Source: an uncultured virus (IMG/VR IMGVR_UViG_3300018049_001835)
Taxonomy: Duplodnaviria > Heunggongvirae > Uroviricota > Caudoviricetes
IMG/VR virus record: IMGVR_UViG_3300018049_001835
Direction: 5' to 3' (one strand)
Length of the DNA stretch: 57,409 bases
The position numbers and the translations under genes were made by a program. This document shows positions 29,026-40,200 of this stretch, piece after piece (position 1 is the first letter of the stretch; each line of letters begins with the position of its first letter). Under the pieces are notes generated by a model. That model saw only the letters and a list, made by a program, of their open reading frames with translations. It was not told the origin of the DNA and did no database searches.

Positions 29026-32000
29026 TTATTGTTCCTCCCATGTCAAGCTGGCACTTAATGAAACCTGTGGACTAGTAGAATTAGTGTTGTTACTGAATGT
29101 TGCTAAGAACAATGTTTCTAACTGGTCAGTCAATGGATAACTTATGTATTCCTTGTTGTAGTCAAAATATGTTGCTAGGTCAAATTCTTCAGCACCTGGT
29201 GCAATGTAATAACTTGCTAATTCAGTACCTGATCCAGGTATTGGAGTCTGCGCTCTTAGAGCAACTTCTACTGAGCTTAAACGTTCCTTTTCAAAAGTAG
29301 TTTCGCTTGAAGTCAAACTATTACCTTGTGGATCAAATACTCCTTCTTTCAAGAATGTTGCACCTGATGCAACTTCTAATGTTCCATTATATATCTCTGT
29401 TGGATAGAAGTAGTAGTTGTCATTGCTTTTTTCTAATCTTCCTAATACACTAATCAAAGTTTCACTACCATTTAAACTTGCACGGAAGTAACCATATAAG
29501 AAGTCTCCATTTTGTGATAGATAGTCTGTATCAGTAGTTGATAGTAAGTACGAGCTGTTTAAGTCTACAGATGCATTTAACGCAAAACTTCCAGTGGTTC
29601 CTATTGCTGTTTGGAACTTAGGTGTTTTGAGCAATGTCATTTTAGCATTTACAGTTCCGTCTGCTCCTGCACTTAATCTTGTTGGATATACCTGTACTCT
29701 GTTTCTAACAGCGTCACCGTTACCTGATGTAATGTCGTCTTTGGTTTTTAAACCATATAGTAATGCTGGTCTATCAACGATTACATTTAATGTCGAAACA
29801 GCACTTACTGGTTTATTCAAATATAAGTCATTACCATCAACCCAAATTACTTTTACGTTTTGGTCTTGTGAGTTACCTGTTATTACTCTTGCATTCATAT
29901 AGAATGTATTAATTGCGGGTGCAGAGTTTCCTGTAGCATCAGGATCAAGATTTGTTACAGTCATTATAGGTGTAACAGGATCTGTAGCATTTGTACTATC
30001 AACTCCTAGTTTGTATCTTGAACCATATACATCAGTTGGTGTTTCCGAACTGTGGTTAAACAATCTTACAGTACCGCGGTCACCACCATCAATGTAGTAA
30101 GAAGCACCATACTTGACGAGGCTTTCTGCGTAACTACCATATGGGTTTTGCAATCTATTAGCATTTGGAACACCAAATCTGTTTTCACTTCCTCCGCCGT
30201 AAACAAGATATGTAATTGGAAGTGTAGCATTACCTAGTGAAGATATCTTCAACTGGTTTGAACAACGTAAATGATGTACTCTTACCCAACGTGCTTCGCC
30301 GTTGTCTACTGGAACATATGCTAAGAACAATGCACCAACAGCACCATACCAACTAAATTCAACTTTAAGCATGGTCACCTTACTAAAGTCCATGTCCCAA
30401 ACTGATGTTTGTTCTTGTGCTGATACGCCTGTGCCTAAGAATAGCTCACCGGCTTTTTTATCTAGTACGTTATCACTGTATACACTGTTACGTGTTGTAC
30501 CGTCTAAACTGTCTCCGGAGAATCTTGTTCTACCTACTCTATATTCATAAACACTGTAATATCTAGGATCGACATGATCACGCACCCAAGTCTTATACTT
30601 GAAGTTTAGGTCATCAATTTGTGTTCTTAAAGATGCAGCATCAACACTAGTGTCAATTGCTGTATCTATGTAACCTATTGTAACATCTGCTTGTTCTGCT
30701 GGTAATACACCAGATGATGTATACAAGTATGGGAACATGCCATCATATCTTTCTTCAACACCTGCTAAACCAAATGATTGATTATATGCATCTGGGAATA
30801 TAAATGGAACTGGAGTTTCGATATAGTGTTCAGTTCCTGCTCCTGTTAGTGTAATTGGAGTGTTGTTACTAGGTGTTACGTCAAATTGATCAAAGTCTGC
30901 AACCGCAGGATCCATTAATGTAATTACATTACCTTTAGGTCCTTTTACTTCACTTACCCAATATGTTTTACCATCAACTAGTTCTGGGCAATCACCATAA
31001 TAGTTTACATACTGTCCTATTATAACACTTCCTTCTGCAAGTGTAAAGGTATTATTTGTTGTATCAATTTGTGCTGGTGTTTTTAGTCTTGGCTTTAATA
31101 GTGTAGGATCGTAAGCTGCAGCATGCACCATAATTAATCCATCCCTTAAAATAACAAGATCGCCAAACTGTCCTGCTGTACCATAATCTACTGAACCGGC
31201 GTATTGTGTAGTAAAGTTGTTTATAATAATGTTAGCGAGTGTATTCAGCTTGTCTGTTTGCTCTGTTGTTAAAGCAAAACGTGTTGCTAAACTTGGTATA
31301 GCAACATTTTGAGAATCACTACGTGTTACATCTACTGTGCCTGTTGCTGTTAATAGATCTTTCAAAAATGTATGTCTATTAATTTCAGCAACTACACCAC
31401 CATTTGTTTGTGAATAAACTTTTAATGCGCCGTCACTGTAATATTTAAATGCATTGTATGCTGTAGCTGCGTTGCCACCGAACTGTAAGTCGCTTGCATA
31501 TCCGTTAACAACATACTTAACATCTCTAATACACTTAAACTTCAATACATTTAAGAAATCATTAGGATCTGCTCCGTCAGGCAAATGTGTTGCTGTATCA
31601 TATGTTAAACTCTCACTTACAAGATAACCATAGTAAAGTGCATATACACTGAATATAGTTTCTATTTTACTACGCTGGCCATATGTAGCACTAGCAATTT
31701 GTGCATTTGTAATAAATCCTGTTGTTCCATCTGGTCCTTGTTGTGCAGGGTATGCACCTGAACCATTTGCTGTCACAGCCTGTATTTGGAATTTAGCAAG
31801 ATTACCAATTTTAGTTCTTGCATCTAGTTCGCCAATTTCTGCTAATTTTTCTCTTAGCTTATTTCTGAAATAATAGTGAGTTTCTCCCTCACGCTCTGCG
31901 TCTGTAAGTAATGCTGTATTATAGGTTGCCGCGTTTGCAATTATATGTCCATCACCGCCCCATCTTAAATCGTTAATGTAAGCATCTAGCGCAAATTCTA

Positions 32001-33765
32001 AATCTCTCTTACATTTTAAATCATCTCCTGTAAATGTTACTGGAGCCACAGTTTCTACTATTGTTTGTGTAGCAGCTGTAATAGCCGCTTGTGCCGCTGT
32101 CATTGAAGCTGCACCCCAAGAAGTATCTGGAACTGTTCTTGTAACAGGAAGACTTAACAGTATGTCGCCTTCGCTAATTACATCTTTAATTACGTTTGTA
32201 TATGTAACAGCTAGATCTGCTTCTGTTTGGTTTGCAACACCATTGCCTGTAACTTGTGTTTCACTGTTACCTGTTGTTTTAACAATAGTAACGTCTTTAA
32301 CTATGTCGTCTATAATATCTGCAAGTCTACCATATGCTGCAACAGTTTGTGTAATATAGTTTGCTGTTTGGTCGCTCTTACTAAACCCATCGTAAAAGAA
32401 GAACCTGCCAGCATCGTATGTAGCACTGTTTCCGCCATATAATATATCATAACTAACAGCGTTTAGAACAAACAATACATCTCGTGTACATTTGTTTACA
32501 TTGTGACTAGCACTTGGATATTGATCTGCTACCCAAGCATTTATTTCTGCCGCTATAAAGTCTCTGTTTGCAACTAGTTGATCTTTTACAGCTTCTCTAC
32601 TTGCTGATCCGCCGCTAGTTGGATTAGTAAATGTAACAGCCTTTAGGAAAGCAATTTGCTCTGCCTGTGTTGCACTAGCATAGTCTACTCGTGTAGCAGG
32701 ATCAACAGCAATAGCACGTAAATTGTTATACCATGTGTCTACAGCCGCGTCTGCTGTGTTATCAACACCTGCTAATGATTTAACTTCAGTTTGTGAACTG
32801 TTAATTGCATCAGTAACACTTGTTGGTAAAGGATACTCGTTGGAGTTTGACTCTGCAAGTCCTTGGAATGTACTACCGTAGTTAGTGCCAAGTGTAATGT
32901 CTGTTCCTATTGCTTCAAGGAAGTAACCTAAATCTCTTTGACATTTAACAGCACTATTGCTTAGTACACTTCCGTCAATTAGATCAAATTTGTTTGCTGT
33001 CAAGTATTTGGTTGCTGTAGGATATTGGTTATATGTGCTTGCTGGTTGTCCGGGAGCCTTACCACCTAGTGCATGATCTTCTAATTGCTGTCCTGCACTG
33101 TTACCAAATTCTAATGGATTTTTTCTAATAATAGACTGTGTACGTCTTACTACAGCAAATTGGTCGCCTTGACCAGTATCTCTTGTTTCCCAATAGTAGC
33201 CATCAAACTTATCAAAGATACCATATTTTTTAACGTCAGGGTTACGTGTTGGTGGTCTTTGTCCTGCACCTACAACATTGCCTGATGCAAATGAACTCTT
33301 AATACCAAATGTAGCTGCAGAAACACGTCCTGGTTGATATCTAAAAAATCTTTTACTTGTTAGTACTGATGTCTCGTCTGCCGGTGCTGTAACCATTGCA
33401 CCTGATTCTTCTGGTAAGTGCAAAATACCCCAGTCTTGTACTCCGCCAATTCCACTATATTGAGATGCTGTATTTGGAACTTGTGAATATTCTGCTGGTT
33501 CACTTGACCATTCGCTTGGGTTAACATCGTAAGTGTTAACGTCTGCAAATATACCTAGTGCAACTTCTGATCTTGGAATACCAAGTAGAGAAAGTGCAAC
33601 CTCTGATTGTATTTTGTTCTGTTCAACGACTGGAATTGCTGTTTGATCTGTAGCAACCACAACCGGAATACTGTTTGCTGCTGGTTGTGCGCCGGGTGTT
33701 ACTGGAGTAGTTCTACCTACGTTTACGACCGAAGCATTATTGTTTATGTTATTTAGACTTGACAT
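29026..33765 (-). CDS. Large virion structural protein with KCxRD helical repeats
   Basis: 1579 aa, four KCxRD...D...G(G/T) repeats; paralogous scaffold to 25579-29022. Confidence 0.7.
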   Translation of the reverse strand: MSSLNNINNNASVVNVGRTTPVTPGAQPAANSIPVVVATDQTAIPVVEQNKIQSEVALSLLGIPRSEVALGIFADVNTYDVNPSEWSSEPAEYSQVPNTASQYSGIGGVQDWGILHLPEESGAMVTAPADETSVLTSKRFFRYQPGRVSAATFGIKSSFASGNVVGAGQRPPTRNPDVKKYGIFDKFDGYYWETRDTGQGDQFAVVRRTQSIIRKNPLEFGNSAGQQLEDHALGGKAPGQPASTYNQYPTATKYLTANKFDLIDGSVLSNSAVKCQRDLGYFLEAIGTDITLGTNYGSTFQGLAESNSNEYPLPTSVTDAINSSQTEVKSLAGVDNTADAAVDTWYNNLRAIAVDPATRVDYASATQAEQIAFLKAVTFTNPTSGGSASREAVKDQLVANRDFIAAEINAWVADQYPSASHNVNKCTRDVLFVLNAVSYDILYGGNSATYDAGRFFFYDGFSKSDQTANYITQTVAAYGRLADIIDDIVKDVTIVKTTGNSETQVTGNGVANQTEADLAVTYTNVIKDVISEGDILLSLPVTRTVPDTSWGAASMTAAQAAITAATQTIVETVAPVTFTGDDLKCKRDLEFALDAYINDLRWGGDGHIIANAATYNTALLTDAEREGETHYYFRNKLREKLAEIGELDARTKIGNLAKFQIQAVTANGSGAYPAQQGPDGTTGFITNAQIASATYGQRSKIETIFSVYALYYGYLVSESLTYDTATHLPDGADPNDFLNVLKFKCIRDVKYVVNGYASDLQFGGNAATAYNAFKYYSDGALKVYSQTNGGVVAEINRHTFLKDLLTATGTVDVTRSDSQNVAIPSLATRFALTTEQTDKLNTLANIIINNFTTQYAGSVDYGTAGQFGDLVILRDGLIMVHAAAYDPTLLKPRLKTPAQIDTTNNTFTLAEGSVIIGQYVNYYGDCPELVDGKTYWVSEVKGPKGNVITLMDPAVADFDQFDVTPSNNTPITLTGAGTEHYIETPVPFIFPDAYNQSFGLAGVEERYDGMFPYLYTSSGVLPAEQADVTIGYIDTAIDTSVDAASLRTQIDDLNFKYKTWVRDHVDPRYYSVYEYRVGRTRFSGDSLDGTTRNSVYSDNVLDKKAGELFLGTGVSAQEQTSVWDMDFSKVTMLKVEFSWYGAVGALFLAYVPVDNGEARWVRVHHLRCSNQLKISSLGNATLPITYLVYGGGSENRFGVPNANRLQNPYGSYAESLVKYGASYYIDGGDRGTVRLFNHSSETPTDVYGSRYKLGVDSTNATDPVTPIMTVTNLDPDATGNSAPAINTFYMNARVITGNSQDQNVKVIWVDGNDLYLNKPVSAVSTLNVIVDRPALLYGLKTKDDITSGNGDAVRNRVQVYPTRLSAGADGTVNAKMTLLKTPKFQTAIGTTGSFALNASVDLNSSYLLSTTDTDYLSQNGDFLYGYFRASLNGSETLISVLGRLEKSNDNYYFYPTEIYNGTLEVASGATFLKEGVFDPQGNSLTSSETTFEKERLSSVEVALRAQTPIPGSGTELASYYIAPGAEEFDLATYFDYNKEYISYPLTDQLETLFLATFSNNTNSTSPQVSLSASLTWEEQ

Positions 33766-36700
33766 TAGTTAATTTTCCCTTTGGCTACTACGAAATTATT
33801 TTGTAGTGCAACTTGTCCGGAACTCGCCGGCGTTTGAATTGTGGTTACACCAAAATCAATTGTTATAGTATTGCTTATCGTATTTATTGAATTTATGGTT
33901 CCGTTCAATCCTCCTGATGCAGGAGTTGTACTGTGGTTCACTAAGCGGACCACATCGCTTACATTTAGACCGTCTACACTATCTAGTGGAAGAACATAGT
34001 CGTTATTACCATCTGTGCTACCCAACCCTACAATAGTTTTAGTTGGTACATATTCTGTTGCAACTATTCTATATACTAGTCCCTGTGAGTTAGGATTACT
34101 TGCAAGTAAAGTTGAATAACCTGCTCTACTTAGTAAGTCATTTACCTTTCCTGTTACTATTCTAAATTGGAAATTGCCGTTAGCATCGCCTGGGGTAGTG
34201 AATGATATGTAATCTTCTCCTCCTAGTGTTTGGCTGTAATCCGGATTAGATCCACCTGGAATAACAAGCTCTTCTACGTTATTCACTTTGGTTAGTTCAT
34301 TTATAAGTCCTGTAAGGCTACCTTGATTTGCTGTAAAGTCAAAAAATGCGCCGTTTTCTTGATAGACGTATGCAGGACTGTTAAAGTCTATATTTGGTTC
34401 TAAAGTTATGTTGACACTATCATACTCTGAATTAAGTACATCTGGATTAGCAATAAATTCGCCTGCTGGACCTAATAATACGTTTGGTGAAAGTACTATC
34501 TTGGTTGCACCATATGCAAATATTCCTTCTCCGCAATTATCAACAATGTTCGGAGAAACTATACCTTTTTGTACAGCACTTACACTTATTGGTCCTGGGA
34601 AATCTCTAAATGTGTTATGAGCTATTTTAATAGTTCTACATTCATCTGCATATAAAGGTTGATAATCATAACTATATGTCAGTCCACCGCTTGTAATTTC
34701 ACTGTTAAGTATTGTTAAGTTATTTGTAATTGTTGGATGGTAAGCATATATGCCGCCACCTATTACGTTATCTAACTCAATGTTTTCGTAAAGTAAGTCA
34801 TTACCATATAGATAAAACGCAAAGTTTAAAAACTCTGAAGTTGTGTCAGTTGACAAATATTGGTTTTGTGCATTACCATCTATTCTTAAATCTCTTATTG
34901 TTATATTACTATAACTTGTATACCCTGACTTAGGTCTTATTATTGTATTGTCACCTGTTGATGTTTCAGTTGACCAATATTGCTTGATAATTCTAGTTTG
35001 GTCGCCACTTCCTTTTAGTGTAAATCCATCTGGAATTTCTAAACGCTTTATAAAGTATGTTCTATTTTCAAGCTCATAACTATTTCTATTTTGAGCTTTA
35101 GCAGAGTCTATTGCAAGTTGTACAGCTTCTGTATCGTCAACAACTACTTCTATACTAGTTTGGCTTGCATAAAAACTATTTGCTACTGTTAAGTTATTTG
35201 TATTAGGATCAATTTGTGTAATTTCTGTATCAATCCAACCAAGTTTTGGTGTTGCTGATGCTACAAGTGGAACATGCACAAGTCCACTATCAGTTGTAAA
35301 CAATCCTTGTGTAGTTCTTTTACTCCAGGGTGCAACATCAAAGTCATAATAATCTGTCCATACTACATTGCTAAGAGCAACTCCTAGTTCTTTTGGACCT
35401 AATACTTTTAGAAGTGTATAGTTAACTTCGGAACCAATTTTTCTATAAATTAAAATATTGTGTGCCGAACTTACACGACTTACTACTAGTTGTAAGTTTT
35501 TGTTGTTGTTAAAATCGTTTATTTCGTCCGGTTCAATAGTAATATCTACAGCACTAGATACAGCACTTATCTTACCTGATTGTGTATCCATTTGTGCAAC
35601 TCTATAACTAAATGTAACTTCGTTACCACTACCATCTGGAGTAGCAAAGCCTACTCTATTAACCTGTATTCCAAGATTAGAAGTATCTTGATCTATGTTA
35701 TCCGCACTTGCACCAAAAATTCTTATTTTTTGACCTGTATTAAAGTAATCTATATCTGCTGGATTTACAGTTACAATTGAAGTTTGTGTTCCGCCTGACA
35801 ATGCTGTAGCATTTACTTTTACACTTGTATTGAATTCTTCGTTTACAGTAATAGCACCACTAACAATAAGGTTACCTTTAATACTAACACCGCCGTCAAC
35901 ACTAAGAGCACCACTATCAAAATCTAATGCGGACTGTGTGCTTCTAATCTTTACACTAACAGCTGAATTTAAATCTAGTAAACTTTCTGTTAATGTTGCA
36001 CTAGTTTGACTATTAGTAATAAATCTTAAAGTATCATCGCTTGCATTTGGAGTTAGTTCAGCACTAACATATGTTAGTCCATCTACTGATCTTACGCCGC
36101 CTAAACCATTCCAATTACTACCATCATACCCTTCAAATATTCCTAGTTCTGTATTCAAACGCATAGCACCTGCAACATCAGGCGCCCTTTGTGCAGAAGT
36201 ACCCTTAGGAATTACAACACCGTTTGTACCAATAATATTTACATACCCGTTGCCTTTTGGATCTATAGCAATGTTGCTGTTATCTGGAACAGTTCTTATT
36301 GTTGTTCCACTAAACTCTATATTTTCAATAGAATTAAATGCTGTAAATGTATAAGTTCCAGCGCCGTCTGTTTTTAAAACATCGCCATCGTTACCTTCTG
36401 AAATACCTAAATCAGTAAGTGTAGCAGGAATAGTAGGTTTATTTTGTACATCGTCCCATTGTGGATTAGTTGTAGGAATATCTAAGTATTCAAAGTCACC
36501 ACCAGCTGCTACTGTTAAGTATTGTCCTGGTGTAGGTGTTTGGCCGTTATCTTTTAATTTTTCAGGAGTAATAAAATCATCATCAATTTGCGATAATCCA
36601 ATTTGTCCTGATAGCCCTAAAAAGCTAGTAGCGCCACCGCCGCCACCGCCGCCGGACATGTCAATAAATTGTAAATTGCCTGAACCGTCTGTAGCAAGAA

Positions 36701-37121
36701 CTTGGCCAATAGTTCCGTCATCAACATCTAATTCGTCTATGCCAATTGTATTTGCTTTAATTTGTGCATTACTTGCAGAGCCTTGTAAATCCCCACCCAT
36801 GGTAGGATCTTGTGTAGGAATGTTTTGGAAACTAATAGTTCCTGTGCCATTTGTAGTTAAAAACTGTCCTGATGTTCCGTCCCCAATTCCTAGTTGTAGT
36901 ATACTAGTTGGTATTGTTGGAAGATTCTGCAGGTCGTTATAGTCGTTTCTAAATACTGTACCATCAACAACTAATTGGCTTGCTGTAACTGTTCCTAATG
37001 CTGTAATATCTAAAGCATTTACAATGCTACTATTTGTAAGTAATAGATTATCTCCGTCTGGTAATTCTCTAAACTGGTTACCTGATGTTGTGTCTATTAC
37101 TAGTGGAAATCTATTGGCCAT
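33765..37121 (-). CDS. Tail fibre/spike with a right-handed beta-helix (pectate-lyase-like depolymerase domain)
   Basis: GxxGQxLxT(D/N)GxG shaft repeats; DDTEAVQLAID...TLKGSG...NITIRDLRIDGN. Confidence 0.72.
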   Translation of the reverse strand: MANRFPLVIDTTSGNQFRELPDGDNLLLTNSSIVNALDITALGTVTASQLVVDGTVFRNDYNDLQNLPTIPTSILQLGIGDGTSGQFLTTNGTGTISFQNIPTQDPTMGGDLQGSASNAQIKANTIGIDELDVDDGTIGQVLATDGSGNLQFIDMSGGGGGGGATSFLGLSGQIGLSQIDDDFITPEKLKDNGQTPTPGQYLTVAAGGDFEYLDIPTTNPQWDDVQNKPTIPATLTDLGISEGNDGDVLKTDGAGTYTFTAFNSIENIEFSGTTIRTVPDNSNIAIDPKGNGYVNIIGTNGVVIPKGTSAQRAPDVAGAMRLNTELGIFEGYDGSNWNGLGGVRSVDGLTYVSAELTPNASDDTLRFITNSQTSATLTESLLDLNSAVSVKIRSTQSALDFDSGALSVDGGVSIKGNLIVSGAITVNEEFNTSVKVNATALSGGTQTSIVTVNPADIDYFNTGQKIRIFGASADNIDQDTSNLGIQVNRVGFATPDGSGNEVTFSYRVAQMDTQSGKISAVSSAVDITIEPDEINDFNNNKNLQLVVSRVSSAHNILIYRKIGSEVNYTLLKVLGPKELGVALSNVVWTDYYDFDVAPWSKRTTQGLFTTDSGLVHVPLVASATPKLGWIDTEITQIDPNTNNLTVANSFYASQTSIEVVVDDTEAVQLAIDSAKAQNRNSYELENRTYFIKRLEIPDGFTLKGSGDQTRIIKQYWSTETSTGDNTIIRPKSGYTSYSNITIRDLRIDGNAQNQYLSTDTTSEFLNFAFYLYGNDLLYENIELDNVIGGGIYAYHPTITNNLTILNSEITSGGLTYSYDYQPLYADECRTIKIAHNTFRDFPGPISVSAVQKGIVSPNIVDNCGEGIFAYGATKIVLSPNVLLGPAGEFIANPDVLNSEYDSVNITLEPNIDFNSPAYVYQENGAFFDFTANQGSLTGLINELTKVNNVEELVIPGGSNPDYSQTLGGEDYISFTTPGDANGNFQFRIVTGKVNDLLSRAGYSTLLASNPNSQGLVYRIVATEYVPTKTIVGLGSTDGNNDYVLPLDSVDGLNVSDVVRLVNHSTTPASGGLNGTINSINTISNTITIDFGVTTIQTPASSGQVALQNNFVVAKGKIN

Positions 37122-37143
37122 TTGCTTATCCTATTTACTATAT

Positions 37144-37296
37144 TTATCGCCTAATTTTTTTAAGTGCTTCATCGGCTTTTCCTTTAGGATCTCCAATGAC
37201 CTTTACTTGTAATCTAGGACCACGATTGGCGATCACTGTTAATCGTCTTCCATTTTCATTAGTAAAACTTTTTCCTTGTGGGCGTTTCTTTTCCAT
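37144..37296 (-). CDS. Small basic protein (50 aa)
   Basis: Read by hand: MEKKRPQGKSFTNENGRRLTVIANRGPRLQVKVIGDPKGKADEALKKIRR. TAATG-coupled to the giant gene. Confidence 0.6.
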   Translation of the reverse strand: MEKKRPQGKSFTNENGRRLTVIANRGPRLQVKVIGDPKGKADEALKKIRR

Positions 37297-40200
37297 TATA
37301 CTCGTCCTACTACTACTTCAACAATACCTTTGTCATCAGTATCTTTAGTTGTTACAGCCTTACCAATTACACTACCAACTCCTGGTGTGTTATTAACAAT
37401 AGCGTAACCAGGAATTGCACTAGTTACAAGCATGTCACCTTTTTTAACAGTGCCTATAACTTTACATGGTACTCTTCCTTGTAATGCAATGCAGGTTGCA
37501 ATGCCTGGACATTCTTGGTTCATTACGAACGCTGGATTTTCACTTACTACGCCAGCAACTCTTGTGTCGCCTTTAGTATTAGTAAGTGTAATTTCTGCTT
37601 CGCCACCAAACACAACCACAGTTCCTACTTCATACTCTGCATCTGCTGAATACATCTCAGCCAAGTCAGCATATGTTGACTGTAATTTAGATCCTGAAGT
37701 CAGTGACCAGTCACCAGTTATAGTACCTGTTGTTGTATTTGCACCTGTGGTTAAACTTCTTGTAAACACATTTGCCCAATAATCTGTAGAATCTCCTAAG
37801 TTACGTGATGTACCGCTTGGTATAAAATTAGAGTCAACTTTTGCCGACACAGTCAACGTGTCACTGGCTATAGCATTGCCTATGTCTACATCACCTTTAA
37901 GAGTTGATGTACCTTCAACTGTAAGATTATCGTCAACTATAACTGTACCGCCAGTACTGTCTAGTGTAAGATCACCATCCGAAGTATCAATTTCACCATC
38001 AGCGGTTACACCTACTTGGATATTACCAAATGTACCACCACTAGAAGTAATATCTCCATCTACATTTACAGCTTTAACATAAATTGTTTTGTAACGATAG
38101 TTAGCGTTACCGATATCAACAGTGTTGTCATCTTCAGGCCAAATAGCAAGAGTATCTACTGTTCCGTCACTGTCGCTATCTAGCATACCAAACGAAGCAA
38201 CAGTTTTCTGTACTGTTCCGTTAGTTGCAATAATACCAACATTACCTACATCAACTTTCCCGCTGTATGAACCTAGAGCAATACCTGCTGATGTTGCGCC
38301 TTTTTCGTCTACTGATTCGATAAAGTTTGTGTACATCCATTTAGAAGCAACAAATCTTGATTCAGTACCTGTTATACTGTTCGCTGTATCAAATGCTGTA
38401 TCAGCTGATACATGAAGTGCGCTTCTATCAAATACATCTGGATCTGAATCAGCATCAGCACCATCTGGATCTGTTAGGTTACCAACATTCAAATCACCAT
38501 ATACAGTTGTGTATGCTGGGTCTGTTGCACTACCACCTGCTACAGTTATACCTACCCCTGTCTGTATTGATTTAACAGTAAGTACGCCATCACTGCCTGA
38601 ACCTGATTGTGTTATGATTGTGTAGTTGTTTAATTTATAACCTTGTGCATCTATATTACCGCCAGTATCTGTAGAAACAATTTTACTTGCTTCACCTGTA
38701 GTAGTTGTTGTGGTTACAGCATATAGCTCAGCGTCTGCTGTGCTATCTGTTCTAAGCATAACTTCTTGACCAGCCTCAGCGTCTATCGCTGTGGTTGAAA
38801 AGTCACCATGTTGTATACCTTTACCGTCATTAACTACTGTCTCAAATGTCACTTCTGCAACGTTAGCTGTGTTTGCTGTTGAGTTACCTAGCACAGTTTG
38901 TGTAGCAATTTGTTCTATCTTTGTCTTAGGTATCCCGTTATCTTTAAGTTGTACATGTCCTCTTGTAACTTTAAAATTTGCACCATCAAAACTTGACAAT
39001 CCTAGTGTTGCTTGGTTGTTTGCATCTGTATCGTCTGCTAGATCTTTAACAACAATATTGCTTTGTAATCTTTTAACAGTACCGCCACCTGTTATATTAG
39101 GATTACTTACGGTTGCTGTAAATGTAGTTCCTGCTGTGCTTGCACTAGCACCTAATGTTGTAAAGTCTGTAGTGCCTTGAAGAATAATTTCGTAATTAAA
39201 TCCAACCACAACTTCTGTTGCTGGAATTGTTATTTGATCGTCTGCTGTTGTTACAAAAGTATCTGATTCTTGCATATCCAGTTTAGATTGAACTATGCCT
39301 GCACTATCATTTACGTCAGCATTTAGAATCACACCTGGATTAATTTGCATATTATAGTATGCTGTAGGATTTGACGGTGTGCTAGGAACAGCATCGTCAT
39401 TATCTAATCGACGTGTGCTTAAACTGATGTCACTTACTGGCGTAGCATTTACAAAAGGCTCTTCAGATATGTTAATTATATCTTGGAATGGGCCGTTTAT
39501 ATATTTTGCATTTCCGCCAACAACGCCGCCGTCTGGTTTAGAGTAAATTGCTGGTGCACCACTCTTTAAACCTGCTATTGTAGTACCATTAAATCCTAAA
39601 TTAAATTCTGATAGTGTAGCAATATCTGGTCCAGCATCAAAGTAAACAATATATACATCACCTAAACCGTTATCATAAACTTCGTCATCATAACCGCTTA
39701 TTGTACCATAGTTTGTTGTACCGCCACTGTTTGTTAAAACTCTGCCTGCTACAAACTCTGATTTATTGTTAATGCTATTAGCATCAAGCCAAATACTGTA
39801 GTGTCCAGTTAAACCTAAAATATCACCTGCTTGTCCGCCACCAATTGATGTGTCACGCAAGTCTTTAAACTTCTTAACACCTTCAGCTCTGCTATCTACA
39901 TAGTCTTTGTTTACAGCGGTTGTGCCTGCTGTAAGTGTAAGATCAACAGGAGCAATACCTGTAATAGTATTTGAGTTTGCTTGTAAGTTACCTGTTAAAG
40001 GAACACTACCATTTTGCTGTAGAACACTTGGTCCTAATGGATTTGTTACAGCATTACCTTGTTGATCGTAACCTAAGCGTCTGTTTACATATCCTCTAAC
40101 AGCACTTTCAACCGGAACAGTATCGTTAGCATTGTCACTCATTGCATTGTCTGTTGAGAATTCAGTAACAACAACACCACGTTTAAATCCAATACCGTCA

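Noticed and set aside
36632..36656. GGC/GGT run as a repeat element
   Set aside because: It encodes a poly-Gly hinge (SGGGGGGG) in the tail fibre.
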